Shown here: positions 36,976-51,240 of the stretch, in pieces | Numbering within the stretch: the stretch's first letter is position 1 | Layout of the letters: every line of letters starts with the position of its first letter | Source of the DNA: Eledone cirrhosa | Taxonomy: Eukaryota | Assembly: GCA_964016885.1 (NCBI GenBank) | Contig: OZ024746.1 | Span: 17,918,001-17,982,000, forward strand | Length of the DNA: 64,000 bases | Reading direction: 5' to 3' | Made by a program: the position numbers and the translations under genes | The notes under the pieces: model-generated | What the model was told of the DNA's origin: nothing | Seen by the model: the letters and a program-made list of their open reading frames with translations, nothing else | Databases searched by the model: none

Positions 36976-38980
36976 AATAAGATGATGTTGTTGCTATTGT
37001 ATATTCATGGATTGAAATTTGAATTTAGTCTGTACAAAAGTGATGTTGATGCATGTTTGTTAAATATAAATATGAAAATATTCTAAAATGTTGGCTTTTC
37101 ATCACGTTTTATTATCAGAATTTGTGGAGTGTTGGACAATATATATAGATCACAGGTTCCCAAACTTATTTCGTCAAGGAACCCTTATATGATTTTTTTT
37201 AAATTGCAGAACCCATACAGACAATCCACCACCGGAGCTAGACTTTCACCTTCTGAGGCCCTAAGCAATATAAAATTTGAAACCCTTCTCTAACAAAATT
37301 TAGGAAAAGAAAATTAAAATAATTATACATGGTTATTATTTATTAATGATTACAAAATTAAATAGTATATATATAAAATTATATATCATCATCATTATCA
37401 CTTAACGTCCATTTTCCATGCTAGCATGGGTTAGATGAGCTGTCCCATTTTGGGACATGCCAGGTCGGAAGACTGTGTTTTGCTCACAATAAACTAATTT
37501 TGGCTTGGTTTCTATGGCTGGATGACTTTCCTAATGCCAACCACATTTACAGTGTGTACTGGGTGCTTTTTGTTGTGATACCTGTATGACCACTTTACAA
37601 TGTAGATTGGGGACTTGGATGGTGGAGATGCATGGGAATCAAGGAGGTAGATCTAGGGATGGGGTAATTACATAGGAGGGGTGATGAAAGGGAAGGTGGC
37701 ACATACTAGATGTGTGCCTCAGCTCCTGCATATGGGAAGACGGGTTTTCTGTATTAGTGCATAGTGTCAGTTTTAACGATTTAGTGTTTATGAATAAATA
37801 AAAACTAATGGTAAAATAAAAATATATTGCCCCCAAGGGTGTGTGGCCCTAAGCTATAGCTAATTTAGCTTATAGGTAAGTCTGGCACTAGCTACACTGA
37901 GGCCTCCAGGGACGTGTAGTCTTAAGCTATAGTTTATTTAGCACTGCATACCACCCTAATTTTAATAAGACATTAAATGGAAGAAAAATCTGTTTTAGAT
38001 AAAATAAAATAATCCCAGAAACATAAATTTTTATCAAATTTTATTATGTGTCCCCTCATCCCATGGACCTTTACCCCTAGAATATTTTCATAGAACTCAC
38101 TTTGAGGACACTTTCCAATATTTAATCTGATTTCTATCTCCCAAGTTTCCATCTATTTATCATCTTCTATTTTTATATTTCTGCATGCTTCATCCCTTCT
38201 CATGATATGACCACAATAATTTCTGCTTTTGGCACAAGGCCAGCAATTTGAAAGGGAGAGGAAACGTCAATTAAATCGACTCCAGTGAGTTACTGGTACT
38301 TTATTTTATCAACCCCTGTAAGGATGAAAGACAAAGCTAGCCTTGGCAGAATTTGAACTCAGAATATAAAGAGACGTAACTCCATGCCAAAAAGCATGTT
38401 GTCTGATGATCTACCGATTATTGCCAATCGACTGCCCTTAATAATACAATCATTTCATTAGTCTTTTAGCAGTAGAAAATGTATTGTATATTGATACCTC
38501 CAAATGAATTGGTTATTGATACTTATAGATTTTGAGGCAGCAGAAACCAGTTACCTCCAAATTCCACATAGTTTGATAAAAGCAAATTGTTGTATCTCGG
38601 TTGTCTTTCTTTGATATAACTAAATATGTCTTTTAAAACAACATCACTCAGCATTTTACTGTTAAGATAATATTACAAACAGTTGACCTATATGATATAA
38701 AACACAACAAATTGTTTCTGCTTAATAATCATAAATATTTGCTGATCTCTGTATCTTTGAAAACTTAACCTTACTCTTCTCTTGAATGTTGACCTGAATA
38801 TATTCTAGCTGCCGAACTTCATTAATAACAGAATCTTAGATGGAAATAAGATTGATCTTGAAAAACTCTAGTTCTGTTTATCAGCTCCCGTTTCATTTTT
38901 TTTTTTTTTTACTATTTAAAAAAATGTAAAATTGGAAGAAGATGGAAGGGGTAAGATACTTGTTACTCTTAGGAGGAAAT

Positions 38981-39014
<34 letters not shown>

Positions 39015-41265
39015 AAAATTAGCGAAGGTCATATGAAGTTGTGCATAAATTTATTCAGTTATTATACATATTTCTCTGGGGTCAACGATTAGGTGGTGGG
39101 ATTTCTATGCAACCGTCAGCCCAAGTTCATGTGTATACACACACACACATATTTGTATCCCCATTTTCATTTAACGTCTATTTTTACATGCTTGCATGGG
39201 TTAGATGGGTTGTCACATTATGAGACCATTCCATGCTCATATGGATCTGTATTTTGGCTTGGTTTCTATGGCTGGATGCCTTTCCTAAAACCAACCACCT
39301 AACAGGTTAAACTGGGTGCTTTTGATGTGTAACCAGCACAACTACTTTACACGGTGGACTGGGTGCTTTTTGTTGTGTCACCAGCATGCCCACATTACAG
39401 GGTGGACAGGGTGCTTTTTTTTGTGTCACCAGCACAACTACCTTATATATATAAAAGTGTGGGTATGTTGATTAATATATTTTATATTGTTATTGATCTT
39501 CATCATTATCTTCATTTTATGTCCCCATTTCCATGCTAGCATATGTTAGTACACACAAGGATATTTAACCCATTTGATACATGAGTTTGACCTTTACCAC
39601 ATTATCCTACAATTTCCTAGGTTTTCCTCTTCTAAGGTTTCTTCAACTTCAATCATTCTGCATTTCTTCTGGTAGCTGTTATCCTTCGCATCTCTTACAA
39701 CTCACAGAAATATGGTGTACCTATTCGAAACTACTGGACACATACAGTGATATAGAATACATAAACATCTGAATATATTGCATATGATAAAACACATGCA
39801 CGCACGCACACACGCCACACACACACACGTTTCCACCTGCTAAATTATTCACTCACAAAGCATTGGTTTTTCCAAAGGTGTAACACAATGGGATAAAATC
39901 AGAAAGCATGTGGTTATGATGCAAACTTAATTAGACTGCCATTCCTGCACCTTATGTATTTTATAATTAAAAATCCTTTGACTCAATAGCATGGCCATTT
40001 GATTTTCCACCTGATATTTGCTATTACCAGGGAGTTTCAAAAGAGCTCTGTAATTATCCTATCCTTAGATAAAATGTCTGAATAAGCATTTTAAGACTCC
40101 ATAGTGGTTTTCATACCTGACTGGGTTAAGGCAATCTTTTATGGTCTGATGACCTTTCTATCACCAACCATTTTAGTTGTCTCTTACAACACAAAGATAT
40201 GGTGAACCTGTTCTGAACTAGATACACAGTGATATAGAAATCCTAAGGATCTCAAATTTTACAGTTAAAAATCCTTAACACTCATGTTTTTATTGTTGTT
40301 GGGACTCTCACCTGCATAGATTTATCAGGCCTTCTATGAAGTTATTTCTCATAGCAGATTCCTTGAGCATTTCAATGTCTCCAATGACAGGAAGCAGGAT
40401 TTGAACTCAGAACAAACAGAGCCAGAACAGATACCTCAAGACAAACCCTTCAATGTTTGAACAATTCCAACAAACTGCCAGCCTGGCACTTGACTGGTAC
40501 TTTTTAAAAGGTTGAAAGACAAAGTTGACCTCTGTAGGATTTAAACTCCGAGCTCAGTGAGGTGGACCAAATACTGCGATGCATTTTGTTTTACGTTCTA
40601 ATGACTATGTTAATTCACCATTTCCATTTGTGTACAAGCAACTGTATGGGAACCTTCATCCAGTATCGGACATCATCAAAGAGCATAGAGTCAGACTCAC
40701 AGGGCATTGCTGGAGAAGTTCTTTTGTGGGAGACTACACATGGAAGAACTATCAGACGATGACAAACCAAGATCTATATCAAGCAGATTTGTGACAACAT
40801 AAATTGCAGTCCCTACCGAATATGATGAACAATTGAAATGCAAAAGAAAGTTAAGGGAATCTCTGCAAGCAGTGTGACCTATATTGATGTGTATGTAGAT
40901 ATATATCTATGTGCCTTTCCGTTCATCCATTTTATGAATCTGAAAGGATGAAAGACAATGTTGACTTCAACAGAATTTGAGCCCAGAGTAGAGAACCATG
41001 GGAAATACTGCAAAGTATTTTATCCATCAATTCTTTGCCAGTTTGCTGCCATTTTAATTCTAATGATTTAAATATGAAGTAAAAATGATATTTATCTCTC
41101 TTCATTTGTTTAACCCTTCTGATAACAAACCACTCCCTGGTTCTAGGACAAAGTTGTTTCTTTTAAAGTGTTTTGAACTCCTCAGAGTCAACAGCCACCC
41201 ACTCCAACTATGGGTTAAATTGCCTCACCAGCACACAATTGACCAAGTGCTGTGGAGTGGGTTGG

Positions 41266-41300
<35 letters not shown>

Positions 41301-41320
41301 TATGTATATATATATATATA

Positions 41321-42025
41321 TACTAGCTAAACTACCCGTGATTTGGACGGTTCAAGTAGTTTTCGATGTAGCTCATTAAACTAAACAAAGTAAATTTGAA
41401 TACATAGAAGAAAAACGTACTTTATGTAAACATGAAAACCTTAGGCACTATTCCAGCAAAATAATTATGTGAGCTCGGTGTCATTTTTTGACAACAGTAA
41501 AAGTGCATCATGAAATAGAGAAGTGAAGTAAATAATAGACACTATTATGTACAAAGCATAATATTGTAAAAGTTATGACATTACTTAATGTATGAACATC
41601 AAGCTTGAAACGATAAATTATACAATGTCAAATCTATAACTTAACTTAGTAATCTGTTAGAAATTGCTGGTTGTGAAATATACAAAATGATATTGTTAGT
41701 CTCAAGGAAGCGTACCTTTTGTTTCAAGTACAAAGAGTAAATTAAAATCCGAATGAGCCGAATTACGGAAGATAACTCTTGTCTTACTTAAAGATAACTC
41801 TTGTCTTACATAATCACGAAAATTCACACAAATAACCAAAACTTTTTTAATGTCTCCAAAGGCCCCATTATCGATTTTTGAAAGCCTTTGTAGATCATGT
41901 ACAGGTTTTGTGCAAGAAGCTCTGTAAAAAATTTCAAAGAAATCGCATGAATGGTTTAGAATATATGAGCCCTCATTAAAAATTGTCCACACACACACAT
42001 ACAGAAAACTTTGTCTTTATATATA
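41321..42025. mobile_element. Probable Helitron/Helentron-type non-autonomous element
   Basis: Starts ACTAGCTAAACTACCCGTG inside (TA)n and ends AAATTTCA..AAATCG..TGGTTTAGA...(CA)n...CTTTATATA. This terminal architecture is typical of HINE-like elements. Confidence 0.45.
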
Positions 42026-44329
42026 TACATATATATATATATATCCTAACTATGAGTTAAATAATCTCACCAACCTGCAATTGGCCAAGTATGTTGAGTA
42101 CAGTTACACCCCTGACATGACCAAAACCAAGCAGAAAGTGGTGGATGTCAACCAGGGAGGGTTCTTCCAACATGATGGAGAAGACATTGGATTGGATATT
42201 TATTTAAAAACTGTCCCACATAATTTTATGTGGGAAAATTTTATTAATTTATGTTTCAAACACCAGCTTAATAATATAAAAGTTAGGTATTTTACTGAAT
42301 CTTTTAAGATACCTGGTTGTTTTTAAAATTAATTGAAAATTCTAAGAAATGTATTTGATTAGAGATATATTGATGAAAGGGTGAAAGTCTAAAGTGAAAT
42401 TGTTTTGTTTTAATAGCAGTATTTAAGAGGAAATAATTTAGAGATTTGACAATAGGAAATGTTAGAGTGAAAGATGACACATATATTCAAGTAGACATGA
42501 CTTAACAATTCACAGTTTTCACTTAATAATTTTAGGAAGTTGTGCTTTAAATAATTATGTAATACAAATAAATAACAGAATTTCCCAGAGTTTTAGCTGG
42601 CATTTCATGGACATAAATCAAATATTCTCTCTTGACACACATGTCCTAAGAATATTGAAGTTCTTATATATATTGATATTATTTGAAATAGCTTTCTCAT
42701 TTTATGCCCCTTTGTTTCTTTTGCCCTACCTTTTCCTTTCTCTACTCCACTTCTCAGTTCTACTAGATACTATAAACCTACCATTTGTATCAATAAAAAT
42801 TTCAATACCTAAATACTCTCTCTCACACGCACACATATGCATAAACAACAGTTCATTCCCAATTTCAACTTGCTCTCTTTTATTACTGCTACTCTTCTAA
42901 ATTTATTGACTATATATAACCTTTGTGAAAGTATATAGCTTGGTTGTTAAAGAATAGCAGTCCCAATTGTGAGGCTGAGAGTTCAATTCCCAGACCAGGC
43001 AATGTGTTATGTCCTTGAGCAAGACACTTTATTTCATGTTGCTCATTCTGACTGGAGTTGCAATCGGTAGGTAATATTAGCAATGAAAAGACTGTTGGAA
43101 ACCTTGTTTCCTTGGTCCGATTTGGTAAGCAAATGAGGTGTCTTGTCGATCGTTTAAAAAAAATACAACCTCCCCCAAATTATCCTATTCAATAAATAAA
43201 CTGACATTTCCTATCATTTCACTTTGTCTCTCATCCACCAAATTCCATATTAAACATGTTTCTCAGTTCTTCCTTAGAAGTTCTTCAGGAACTTTTATTT
43301 CTCTCAATAGTTTTCCCCCCAATCACTAAACAGCATCACTAGGATCTGAACAAGAACAACACTAAATTTACTCAGTTATCTCCGTCCTTTAGTCTAAAAG
43401 AGTTGCACAATTCTAGGATTCTGTCCTGACACCTTAGGTCAGTAGTTCCCAAACTCTTGTGCACCATGCCCCACTTCAAATTCGCCCTTCTCCCGATTTG
43501 AAAACAGCAATGAACACTGCAAAGTGTAAACAAATTGGCACATAGGTGGTGCACGATGCACCATAACGTGTGGCGGAGTTTCCAACAGTAATGGGTACCA
43601 AAGTTTTCTTGGTGTAAAAGTAATAAGGTAAAACCTGAAGTTTGTTCTCATTAACATAATTTTCAAATTGCCCCCTCCCCCGTGTGATGTGCACCCCACA
43701 TTGGTGATCACAGCCTTATGATAAGGAATAAAATAAATTAACAGAATAAGCAAATCACTTCTGAATTAGCAGTCATTAGAACATTGGGTAGAATGCTTTG
43801 CGGCATTTGTTCCGGCTCTTTGCTCTCTGAATTCAAATCCCACCAAGATCAACTTTGCCATTCATCATTTCGAGGTCGGTAAAAACTGAGTTCATTTCTT
43901 CCTCTATATTCTTTCTCACTTCCTCTCTCTCACTCTTTATCTTTCTCTGGAAAATATCTGCCGTGTTCAGACCTGGAAAGGGGTTGGGCTCTGACGGGCT
44001 TAAAAAAATTCCCAAGAAATGCCATATATCATTATAGCGACCCTACAACTCCATCAGGAGTTACAGGATCATGCCATATTTAATCACTTCCAAGGTTAGC
44101 AAAATGTTCAACATCTGTTTAAGCAGAGAATACTGGGTCTACTTAACTGTAATAACCAAATGGTGTGCAGACAACATGTAAGGGAAGTAACCTCAAAGGC
44201 TAATTTTTGTTGATCTTGGTATATATATTTCTCAAGTTAAAAAGGATATACAAAGATAGGACTAATACCATCATTTTGCTGGCCTTTCTCATTCTGTGCA
44301 AGACTTATTATTTGTTCACAGCTTATAAA

Positions 44330-44825
44330 TTGAAAATCATAGGCATTCTCCCACCTAATGAAAAGCTGGCTGTATGTTGCCTGTTTGTGAAGTGCTATGC
44401 ATGGCTCTGAAACATGGGCAGTGACTGCAGAGGGGATGTGCAGATTGGAGAGAAATGAAGCAAGCATGCTTTGTTGGGTGTGCAATGTTAATGTAAGAGA
44501 ACAGAGTTTGGTTGAACTGAGAGAAAAACTTGATATAAGAAGAATCAAGTGTGCAAGAGAGAAGAATGCATTGGTATATACATGTGATGCGTGTAGATGG
44601 TGATCACTTGGTGAAGAAGTGCCAAAAAATCCCAGTGAAAGAAAACTACAGTAGAGGAAGGCCAAGGAGAACTGATCTCAAATCACTGAAACTCAGTGAA
44701 GACAACAGAGTATCGTGACAGGTGAAGATATGCTGAAAAGATCTTGTCTAATCCATGCAAGTGTAGAACAATGGACATAAAAATAATGATGATGGTGGTT
44801 GTGGTGGTGAAGATGATGACGATGT
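44330..44825 (+). mobile_element. RTE LINE 3' fragment
   Basis: HGSETWAVTAEGMCRLERNEASMLCWVC. Confidence 0.8.
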
Positions 44826-46034
44826 GTTTGATTAGTGATGTGTTAATAAAAGAGTTAAAGTCTAAACTCAAATAGTTTAGATTTAATAGTAACATTTAAG
44901 AGGAAGCAATTTAGAGATTTGACAATAGGAAATGTTAAAGTGAAAGATGTGACATATATATACAAGTACACCTGATTTATTGACAAACAGCTTTCACTTT
45001 GTAATTTCAGGAAGTTGTGCTTTAAATTGACAATCCATGTCAATTGAAGGCAATTTACTAAATGGATTCATAAAATTGTCAATGAGGATGATCAATGAAT
45101 AAATGAAATGGTTTCTTAGGAATTATGAGTGCACGTCAGCAGTTTGTTTGTATCTTCTGAGGGTTTTGTTTATAGATTAGAGCAATCAATGGTCATACTT
45201 GCATGCAATATGGCCAGTTCAATCAGACGTACATTAGATAGTAATTAACATCATATGCAACAGTATGATTTTTATGCCTCCTTTTCCATGTTTTTGTGGG
45301 TTAAACAAGTTCTCTCCAATACAGCATCCTTCCACTTATCTCTTTCCTTTGCATGGTTCAACATCTTCAGATCAGCTTTCATCATCTCTACCCTAGTCTT
45401 CTTTTGTCTTCCTCTTCCACAACCTTTTTCTAATTGGAATTCCTGATATTTCTTCATCCATATGCATTACATGTGTTTCTGAGTTCTGTATTCAATCTCA
45501 CTGCGCAGACGACCCTTGAGCAAGTATCTTTTCCCATAGCTTTCAGTCAACCCAAGCCTTGTGTGAGCCTTGGTTAGACGAAAATTATTCAGAAGCTTAT
45601 TAGATGGACCATACCTTTTCTTCATTGCTAGACTTTCTATGTCTCCTGTCTTAACACCAGCACCTGGTTCTTGGGTAACTTTAGTGGAATCTACTCTGTT
45701 GTAGGCATTCAGACAAGATTTCTGGTTTGAGGATAATCCATGAGTTGTTTTTCCTCCTTGTCTCTACCAGTAATGGAGATGCAGAAAAAACGCAAGGAGC
45801 GCCATCCTGAGCTAGAAAATAAAATTTGTTAACACAATAGTTATCAGGTCTTTTTATGTCATTAGTTTGAATGAATTATTTAAAAAAAAAAAAGCTCAGT
45901 CCAGATATTCCTCAGATCTTAAAATCTAATATTTATGTATCATTAACTAAATATTTAGGTAAAAGTAGGAGTTAAACTAGCATAATCAGTCAGGTAATAC
46001 AAGTCATATCCAATGACTGGTATAGCAGTTCAAT

Positions 46035-47205
46035 CATAAGCTTTCATTGATCTAGAAAAAGCATTTGACAGAGTACCCTGATCTATTATCTTGTGGTCCT
46101 TAAGGAAATTAGGTGTAGAAGAATGGCTGGTGAGAGCAGTGCAAGCCATGTACAGAAGAGCTGCCATTAAAGTGAGAGTATGAAATGAGTTTAGTGAGAA
46201 ATTCAAGGTACAAGTAGGAGTTCATCAAGGTTCGGTTCATAGCCAACTACTATTCATTATAGTCCTCCAGGCCACAACAGAGGAGTTTAAGACTGGTTGC
46301 CCATGGAAATGTCTCTATGCAGATGATCTGGTCCTAAAAGCTGAATCCATTGAAGACCTAGAAAATAAGTTCCAACTATGGAAACAGAATTTAGAATCAA
46401 AAAGCCTAAGAGCAGACTTAGCCAAAACTAAAATGCTAGTGAGTAGGAGAGAAGATTGGACCCTGATTCCTTCAGGGAAGTGGCCCAGCTCAATATATAG
46501 AAAGGGAGTAGGCATAAACTCTATATGATGTACACAATGTAAATCTAGGGTACACAAGAGATGTAGTAGGATAACATTTGTAGAAGATGCATAGGGGTAA
46601 CTGAGGGGAAGATAACCAGTAATGTAAGCCTATTCCAGTCACATGAAGCTGTTGATAGCTTCTGCTATCTAGGCAACGTAATTAGCAATGGAGTAGGGTG
46701 TTCTGAGAGCATAATATCTAGAATAAGGATAGGATGGAAAAAGGTTGAGCTATTCCCACAAAGGGTTTCTCCCTATATACAAAAGGACTGTGCAAAGTGT
46801 GATTCTGCATGGTAGTGAAACATGGGCTGTGACTGCAGAGGACATGTGTAGACTGGAGAGAAATTAAACAACCATGCTCTGTTGGATGTGCAATGTAACT
46901 GTGAAAGAGAGACAGAGCTTGGATGAGTTGAGGGAGAAACTGGGTTTAAAAGGAATCCGAGGTGATGTGCAAGAGAAAAGACTGCATTGATTTGGACATG
47001 TGATGTGCATGGACAATGATTGTTGGATGATGAAGTGCCAGGAAATGGAAGGAAGCTGTGGTAGAGGTAGACCAAGAAAGACTTGGGCAGAGGTTGTGAG
47101 AGCTGACCTCAAATCACTGAGACGTGTGGAGAGATGCCATGCTGAGAAGGACCTGTCCAACCCATTCAAACATGGAAAAGTGGACGTAAAAACGATGATG
47201 ATGAT
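46035..47205 (+). mobile_element. RTE LINE RT fragment, degraded
   Basis: FIDLEKAFDRVP, GVHQGS, LYADDLV, Cys-rich insert, GRGRPRKTW and a (GAT)n tail. Confidence 0.9.
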
Positions 47206-47841
47206 GAATAAAATTATAATTAACACTAATCTAAGACTAAAAATATTACTATAGCATTTCAAAAAGACTGTCTTTTTTCTGTTTGGTAGAATCCACTAGA
47301 ATAAAAACCTTCATTTCCAATGTTGTTAATATCTTTAAGCATTCTGCAAACCAATTTTTTGTCTTTCTTTCATTCCAGGGCTACATTTAGTAGAGAATTA
47401 AGCCTTATATTGCCAACATAAGATTAGAATTTGGCAAATCTTCCCACCTGCACAGCTGTAGTTCATTGATTCGCAAATACTGTGTCTCAACATATTATTT
47501 TCTTTGACTGGTTTTCAGAACTACTTCAGTATCTCTTTATAAGCTGCTTTTATTTGTGGTTATGAATGTATTTTCTCTGCTTTCTTCGAGGTTTTATCAA
47601 CTTACTAACCACATCATAACAAAATACACATTCATCTCTTTAAGATTTCTGCTTTTCAAGCTAGCAAAGAATTAAAATAAATTAAGGAGGTATTTTGAGA
47701 GGAAATATGTGATGTTGTTATAATAGATATGAACCAGAGATGTAGGCATCACAATAATACTAATTAATGGTGTTAACTCTCTCCATATCTAATGAAAGAC
47801 GCTGTTTATGATTTTCAAATAATAAAGAAAATGGAGGCATT

Positions 47842-48845
47842 TACTCCTCCTTTTTCTTGTCCTTCTCCTCCGCCTTCTTCTTGTCCTTCTCCTCCGCCTT
47901 CTTCTTGTCCTTCTCCTTCTTCTTGTCCTTCTCCTTCTTCTTGTCCTTCTCCTCCTTCTTGTCCTTCTCCTCCTCCTCCTTCTTGTCCTTCTCCTCCTCC
48001 TCCTTCTTGTCCTTCTCCTCCTCCTCCTTCTTGTCCTTCTCCTCCTCCTTGTCCTTCTCCTCCTTCTTGTCCTTCTCCTCCTCCTCCTCCTCCTCCTCCT
48101 CCTCCTTGTCCTCCTCCTCCTCCTTGTCCTCCTCCTCCTCCTTGTCCTTCTCCATCTCCTTCTTGTCCTTCTCCATCTCCTTCTTGTCCTTCTTCTTCTT
48201 GTCCTCCTTCTTCTTCTTGTCCTCCTTCTTCTTGTCCTCCTTCTTCTTCTCCTTCTCCTTCTTCTTGTCCTCCTTCTTGTCCTTCTCCTCCTTCTTGTCC
48301 TTCTTGTCCTTCTCCTCCTTCTCCATGTCCTTCTCCTCCTCCTTCTTGTCCTTCTTCTCCTCCTTCTTCTTGTCCTTCTCCTCCTTCTTCTTGTCCTTCT
48401 CCTTCTTGTCCTTCTCCTCCTTCTTCTTGTCCTTCTCCTCCTTCTTCTTGTCCTCCTCCTTCTTCTTGTCCTTCTCCTTCTTGTCCTTCTCCTCCTTCTT
48501 CTTGTCCTTCTCCTTCTTGTCCTTCTCCTCCTTCTTCTTGTCCTTCTCCTTCTTGTCCTTCTCCTCCTTCTTCTTGTCCTTCTCCTCCTTCTTCTTGTCC
48601 TTCTCCTCCTTTTTCTTGTCCTTCTCCTTCTTCTTGTCCTTCTCCTCCTTCTTCTTGTCCTCCTCCTTCTTGTCCTCCTTCTCCTCCTTCTTGTCCTTCT
48701 CCTTCTTCTTGTCCTTCTCCTTCTTCTTGTCTTTCTCCTTCTTCTTGTCTTTCTCCTTCTTCTTGTCTTTCTCCTTCTTCTTGTCCTTCTCCTCCTCCTT
48801 CTTCTTGTCCTTCTCCTCCTCCTTCTTGTCCTTTCCTTTTCCTTC
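47842..48845. repeat. ~1-kb polypyrimidine/polypurine compound triplet repeat (CTT/CCT/TGT)
   Basis: Units such as TTGTCCTTCTCCTCCTTCTTC. Contiguous with the 3' end of the minus-strand LINE at 48845-49245. Confidence 0.95.
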
Positions 48846-49729
48846 TTCACCCACTTATTCCTGAGAGGGTCATGGAGGCAGAGTCTTCAGACATGCCTTC
48901 CAGAGGTTCATGTCAGAAACAACGGTCTCCAACTGATCCAGCTGGATTCCTAAGCGAAACCAGCCGAGCTCATAGATGTTATCCAATCATCTTGCTCAGG
49001 GTCTACCCCTCGGGTTTCCTGTCTGTAAAATTTGTCCAGTGATTCTATTCTTAAACATTCTAACTACATGTCCATAGTATTGGAGCTGTGATCTCTTAAT
49101 TTAGAAAAGTAGCGGCTCTACTTGGAATGACTCTGATATCCAAGCTACACACTCTATCAAGTAAAGTTACTCCAAATACCCTTCAGAATAACCCCATTTC
49201 AGCTGCTTGTATTTGTGATCATACTCTATCGGCCATTACCCAAGAATCACTTAGAACATTCTGCTACTTTTAATATATATTCATTAAATACTAGTATATA
49301 AAACTTCTAGATTTAAATATCTACAAACCAGGTCATGAAAGTTGCTGAAAGGGTTATAATTAGGGAAAGAATCAAGTTAGATGAGATGCAGTTTGGATTT
49401 ATGCCAGGTAGTGGTACAACCGATGCCCTCATTCTGGTGAGACAACTACAGGAAAGTTATCCTACCCATGCTAGTGTAGAAAATGGATGTTAAACGATGA
49501 TAATGATAATGAATGTTTTTTTAGTATTTAAAGAAAATTGTCGCAGGAATGCTTACCACTTAAAGTAAAATTTCACTGGATATAGATTAGCAAAATTTAA
49601 TAACCTGGGGTGAAGGTGGAATATGAATGAGTGTGTGTATGTGTGTGGGTAGAATCTGAATTAATAAGGGGGAGGGGACGGTTATTCGAGATCCGAGACT
49701 ATATATATTATATATATATATATATATAA

Positions 49730-51093
49730 GGGGATGCTCTGGAGAGGAGCAATTATAGGAGTATAAAACTGATGGATCAGGTTATGAAAGTGGCAGAAAG
49801 GATATTAGCACAACTAATACTTAGACTTTGTTGACCTAGAGAAGGCCTTTGATAGGGTACCCCGATCTGTCATCTGGTGGTCCCTAAGGAAGCTAGGTGT
49901 TGAGGAATGGCTTGTGAGGACAGTGCAAACTTTGTACAGAGGTACTCTCAATAAAGTCAGGGTAGGAATAGAGTTTAGTGAGGAATTCCAGATACAAGTA
50001 GGAGTACATCAAGGTTCGGTCCTTAGCCCGCTCTTGTTCATTATAGTCCTCCAAGCCATAACAGAGGAGTTTAAGACTGGCTGTCCATGGGAACTTCTCT
50101 ATGCTGACGATCTGGTTCTTATAGCAGAATCAGTAGAGGAGCTAGAGAATAAATTCTGGCTATGGAAACAGCAGTTGGAAGCAAGAGGACTGAGAGTGAA
50201 CCTAGCTAAGACAAAAGTGTTGATGTGTAGAAAAGAGGACAAAACCCTGATTCCATCAGGGAAATGGCCATGTTCGATATGCAGAAAAGGAACTGGCATA
50301 AATTCTATAAAATGCACACAATTCAGATCCTGGGTACACAAGAGATGTAGCGGGATAGCAGGCAAACTAACAGGTAGGGAGAAATATGTATGCAGTAGAT
50401 GTACAGGGAAATTAGACAGTAGAAGTTGCGTTGATAGACACATTTTTCAGATGCAGGAGGGCGCTATAGAAGTGGTGGATAGCTTCTGGTACCTAGGAGA
50501 TCAGATTAGCATGGGAGGAGGGTGTTCCGAGGCCATAGTATCTAGAATAAGGACGGGTTGGAAGAAGTTTAGGGAGCTGCTTCCTCTGTTGACGAAGAAG
50601 GGTTTCTCCCTGCGTATGAAAGGCCGGTTGTATGATGCCTGTGTGAGGAGCGCATTGCTGCATGGTTGTGAGACATGGGCAGCAACTGCAGAGGATATGC
50701 GACGGCTGGAGAGAAATGATGCAAGCATGCTCCATTGGATGTGCAGTGTAAATGTGCGTGAACGACCCAGCATAAATGTGTTGAGAGAGAAACTGTGTCT
50801 GAGAGGGATAGAATGTAGTGTACGGGAGAGGAGACTGAGGTGGTATGGACATGTGATGTGCATGGAGGATGACCGATGGGTGAAGAAGTGCCAGGAATTG
50901 CCAGTTGAAGGAAGACGTGGTAGAGGTAGACCACGAAAAACATGGGCGGCGGTGGTGAGAACAGACCTCAGATCATTGAAGCTCACGGTGGAGATGACGA
51001 AGGACCGTGGCGAGTGGAGAGATGCTGTGCTGAATAAGACCCGTCCTACCCTTGCAAGCAGGGAAAAGCGGACGTAAAATGATGATGATGATG
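49730..51093 (+). mobile_element. Young 5'-truncated RTE LINE with an uninterrupted RT C-terminal ORF (387 aa, 49914-51077)
   Basis: NYRSIKLMDQVMK, FVDLEKAFDRVP, GVHQGSVLSPLLF, LYADD, YLG, LHGCETW, RRLRWYGHV, GRGRPRKTW and a (GAT)n tail. Confidence 0.95.
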
Positions 51094-51240
51094 ATATATA
51101 TAAATCAGGATGGAATCCGTTTGAAACTGGTTAGACCATTACTCAACAGAGTTCTTGATACTAGGGGTAGTAGAGTATGTTTATATTATAAAGAGTTGGG
51201 ACCTGATGGCTGAGCTCTTGCCGATTCAACAGCTAGTTAT

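Noticed and set aside
47789-49042. Poly-Arg, KED-rich and Cys-Pro-Ser ORFs as real genes (protamine-, neurofilament- or extensin-like)
   Set aside because: Several frames on both strands are open because a triplet repeat lacks stops. The ORFs run into LINE sequence and have no exon context. Kept only as a repeat finding.
50099-50986. Long antisense ORFs over RTE copies (also 51693-52139, 44237-44665, 20554-20964)
   Set aside because: Shadow ORFs of LINE ORF2, with no independent gene signals.
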